A stretch of DNA of 64,000 nt from Dicyema japonicum (Eukaryota > Animalia > Dicyemida): positions 527,334 through 591,333 of the forward strand of contig RDEW01000032.1 of assembly GCA_011109175.1 (NCBI GenBank), read 5' to 3'. Of this stretch, positions 61,501 through 64,000 are shown piece by piece. How positions within the stretch are numbered: the first letter of the stretch is position 1; each line of letters opens with the position of its first letter. The notes below the pieces were generated by a model. It made no database searches and was not told where the DNA came from. It saw only the letters and a program-made list of their open reading frames with translations. Position numbers and translations under genes: made by a program.

Positions 61501-62553
61501 TAACTCTCTTATCCTTCTCTCTCGTCTTTTCTGGGTTAATAAATTAAATTTGTTTATCTCATTTGCTATTGAGACTTGGAAAAATACTCGTCCACAAGCG
61601 GACGATCGAGTCGATGATACAAAGGGTCAGCAAGGATCAACGTTAGACTCGATGTCTTCGATGGCGTATCTCGATAACTATTGTGACCGGTTCTAAATGT
61701 GGTTAGATAGATGATTTTTTAACATAACAAACTCGTTACTAATTAAACAAGGAGAAGTCCAATGAGTTTTACTAGTTGATGGGTCTGGTATAACGAGACA
61801 CCATATGTCTCCTCTTTAAATTATTTTTTTTCAAGTGTGTAATATTTTTTCAATAGATCTTGCACGTCTTTCATAACAAGGGTAATTTAGATTTTAAATC
61901 AAGTCCATATGCCAGATAGTAGCATATCTCTCTATCTATCGAGAAGTTCTACAAGATTACTTCTCTCATCACTTTCAGACTATCCTTGGAAGCCATAAAT
62001 CAAGAATGAACATAGATAAAAGTTTTTTTTGCAACATCGCTGTAGCTTTTTCCTGTTTTATTTTATGTAATATATAAAGGAACCCTTCGATTTCACACAA
62101 ACACCAAGATATTTCAACTGTTCCATGCATTTGATTACTCCAGTATTAATACAAATTTTTGACTTATTTTTGTTATTCACAATCCATGAAACAGTGCATT
62201 TTTCAAGAGATAAGGATAAACCTTTATCTCGAGATGACTTTTTTACCTAAAGATGTCGAGGACCTTGGTAAAACGTCCCACTTACCCATAGGACCCCTTA
62301 AAATCAATTTTTATAAAATTTAAAAAAATGTCAAACACATTGTAAAATATCTCGTAATGTTTATTGATGAATTTATCCAAAACCTGAAAAAATTAATTGG
62401 AGGCCATTTTGAAAGAATCCCTTTTGAATGGGAACCTTTCTTTCTCTCGAACGTAAAAAAACATACCTCAGAATAATAAACCAAAAGTCAGAATTAAACT
62501 ATTTAAAATTGATTGGCTGTATTAATTTATTCTTTTTAGTTTTGAGCCATTCC

Positions 62554-62877
62554 TTAGCTCTCTAACTGCAATCTTTTGGTCACCATCATCAATCTGATCT
62601 TACTCCAGCATTTTTGTTCCATGAGCACGATTCCGCCATCCTCAACTTGTTGTAGAGACTTTCGTTGTAGGAAATGAATGACCTCACTAACATCACTCTC
62701 TTGAGAGTTCATCCCATGTCGGTGCTCCATTAACATGCTTTCAAGAGTTGTCTTTGACACAATAGATTGAATATATGCCCTCAGAATTATATCCACATCA
62801 AAATCATCTATATATGACTTGTAGAACTTACTTGCAATTCCCTCCCAAGTCTTCTTTGAACCTTCAGGGCTGAGCAC
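62554..62877 (-). mobile_element. R4/NeSL-like 3' end with an open 107-aa frame
   Basis: TWEGIASKFYKSY..RAYIQSIVSKTTLESMLMEHRHG. Confidence 0.8.
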
Positions 62878-62889
62878 TCTTAGTCACCC

Positions 62890-63260
62890 CTGAAAATGAT
62901 CCATGACTGGATTTCCGCAAATGTCATCAGAAGCTTTGGTACCAACAAGCTTCTGGGACGTCTTCCCCCGAATATTGACGGAAGCCAGGCTTCTCTACAG
63001 TGGGAAATTCTTGTCCACTTCGCACGCCTCCTATGTGGATACCAAATGGATTTACGTTCCTATCTGAACAAAACTTCTTCCACTTGCCCATGATGCTTTC
63101 TCGACGCCAGAATACGGGCATCTCTTCTCCGGACCTACCTTCGAGTTATGCACAGCATCAAATAATCTGATGGATCTCTTGGAGCGTCCGCTCTTGTCTG
63201 TGAATGTTATTGTCAGCAATCGGTTTCCCTCACTCGAAACTGGGGGTAAATTAATTTATT
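62890..63260 (+). mobile_element. I/Nimb-like LINE 3' end
   Basis: NKLLGRLPPNIDGSQASL..ILVHFARLLCGY..DLRSYL..TCP (the PPxI..LP.R..L.QLRSG.C..L.SY family). Confidence 0.8.
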
Positions 63261-64000
63261 GTTAACAGCTAATTAAGTGTGTACAGTTGACACAGTGGCA
63301 GAAGCAGAAAGTCATTTCAATGTCACGCATACCTATAGAAATGGAAATAAACGTCGAGTTCTTGACCTGTAGTAGCCCTTCTGTAGAATGGAGAAAAAAT
63401 TACTAATCTACCTGAAAACGCATTCCATTTCATATTCGCAAGAAAATGTGTTCAATGATCTAGCTCCTCTCTTATCAATCCTTTTCCATCTCATGATAAA
63501 CACATCGACTTCTTACAACTGTGAGGACTTTTTAGTAGAGTTGAAAAACAAATGAACCTTTCCATGCAATTTCACCATTGGGTGTCATCTGAGACATGCA
63601 GATTACATGTTGCCACTAAAGCAAGAGAAAGTAAGAAAAGGAGGAAACTTTTTACAAATAGCTATTTCTGAGATATGTCCACTAAGCTACTACTTCCAAT
63701 CAACAAAAAAATTACTAGAAAATTAGATTGGTCAAAACGTTAATTTATGAAAATTTAAAATACATTATAAAAGTTTTTTATTATTCAAATTTATTTAAAA
63801 TAAGAAAACAACTAATGTCATTTAGTTAAGAGGCCAGGATTGCGTAAAGCTTCCCCCTGATCACCGTTATTTCAAGTTTCTACTTAACTCAAAGTTCTTT
63901 GAGGGATTTGTATTTTTTCGAAGCGATTAAATTATTAGAATTATGCAAAATATTAGATAATTTTACTCAATTTATTTTTCACATAATAATTAAATAATCC

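Noticed and set aside
59058-62877. ORFs 59058-59360 and 62554-62877 as a novel host paralog family
   Set aside because: They align with the C-terminus of the RLE endonuclease seen at 14390-14860, so they are retrotransposon ends.
1-64000. Alternative genetic code (stop-codon reassignment)
   Set aside because: Stops are mixed with frameshifts, all three stop types occur, and they replace different residues, which fits pseudogene decay.
1-64000. CRISPR array, Fanzor/TnpB, or prokaryotic defence or operon system
   Set aside because: I saw no repeat-spacer array, RuvC plus zinc-ribbon motif set, or operon-like gene organisation; the tandem repeats here have no unique spacers.

Overview
AT-rich eukaryotic DNA (roughly one-third GC by eye, not computed) that is almost entirely a nested graveyard of decayed transposable elements. 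I found no intact cellular gene, rRNA, true tRNA or CRISPR array; the longest ORF (268 aa) belongs to a retrotransposon. Recognisable classes are: CRE-type RLE non-LTR retrotransposons (at least 10 fragments, one with an N-terminal PHD-like finger), R4/NeSL-like RLE 3' ends, RTE-type LINEs, I/Nimb- and CR1/L2-like LINE fragments, pogo/Tigger and hAT-Buster DNA transposons, and KRBA2/Ginger-like integrases. The best candidates for something undescribed are (i) a tRNA-derived SINE family with clean target-site duplications (TSDs) and two alternative RTE-type 3' tails, one of which matches an RTE 3' UTR in this window; (ii) an ORF1-retaining LINE derivative lacking almost all of ORF2 that demonstrably moved as a unit (TSD plus tandem tail); and (iii) an intronless cathepsin-L-like (C1A) pseudogene that still has all three catalytic residues. 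There are also local templated insertions and remnants of an unidentified host gene family. All translations were done by hand, family names rest on motif recognition without database searches, and boundaries are approximate unless a TSD or TIR fixes them.
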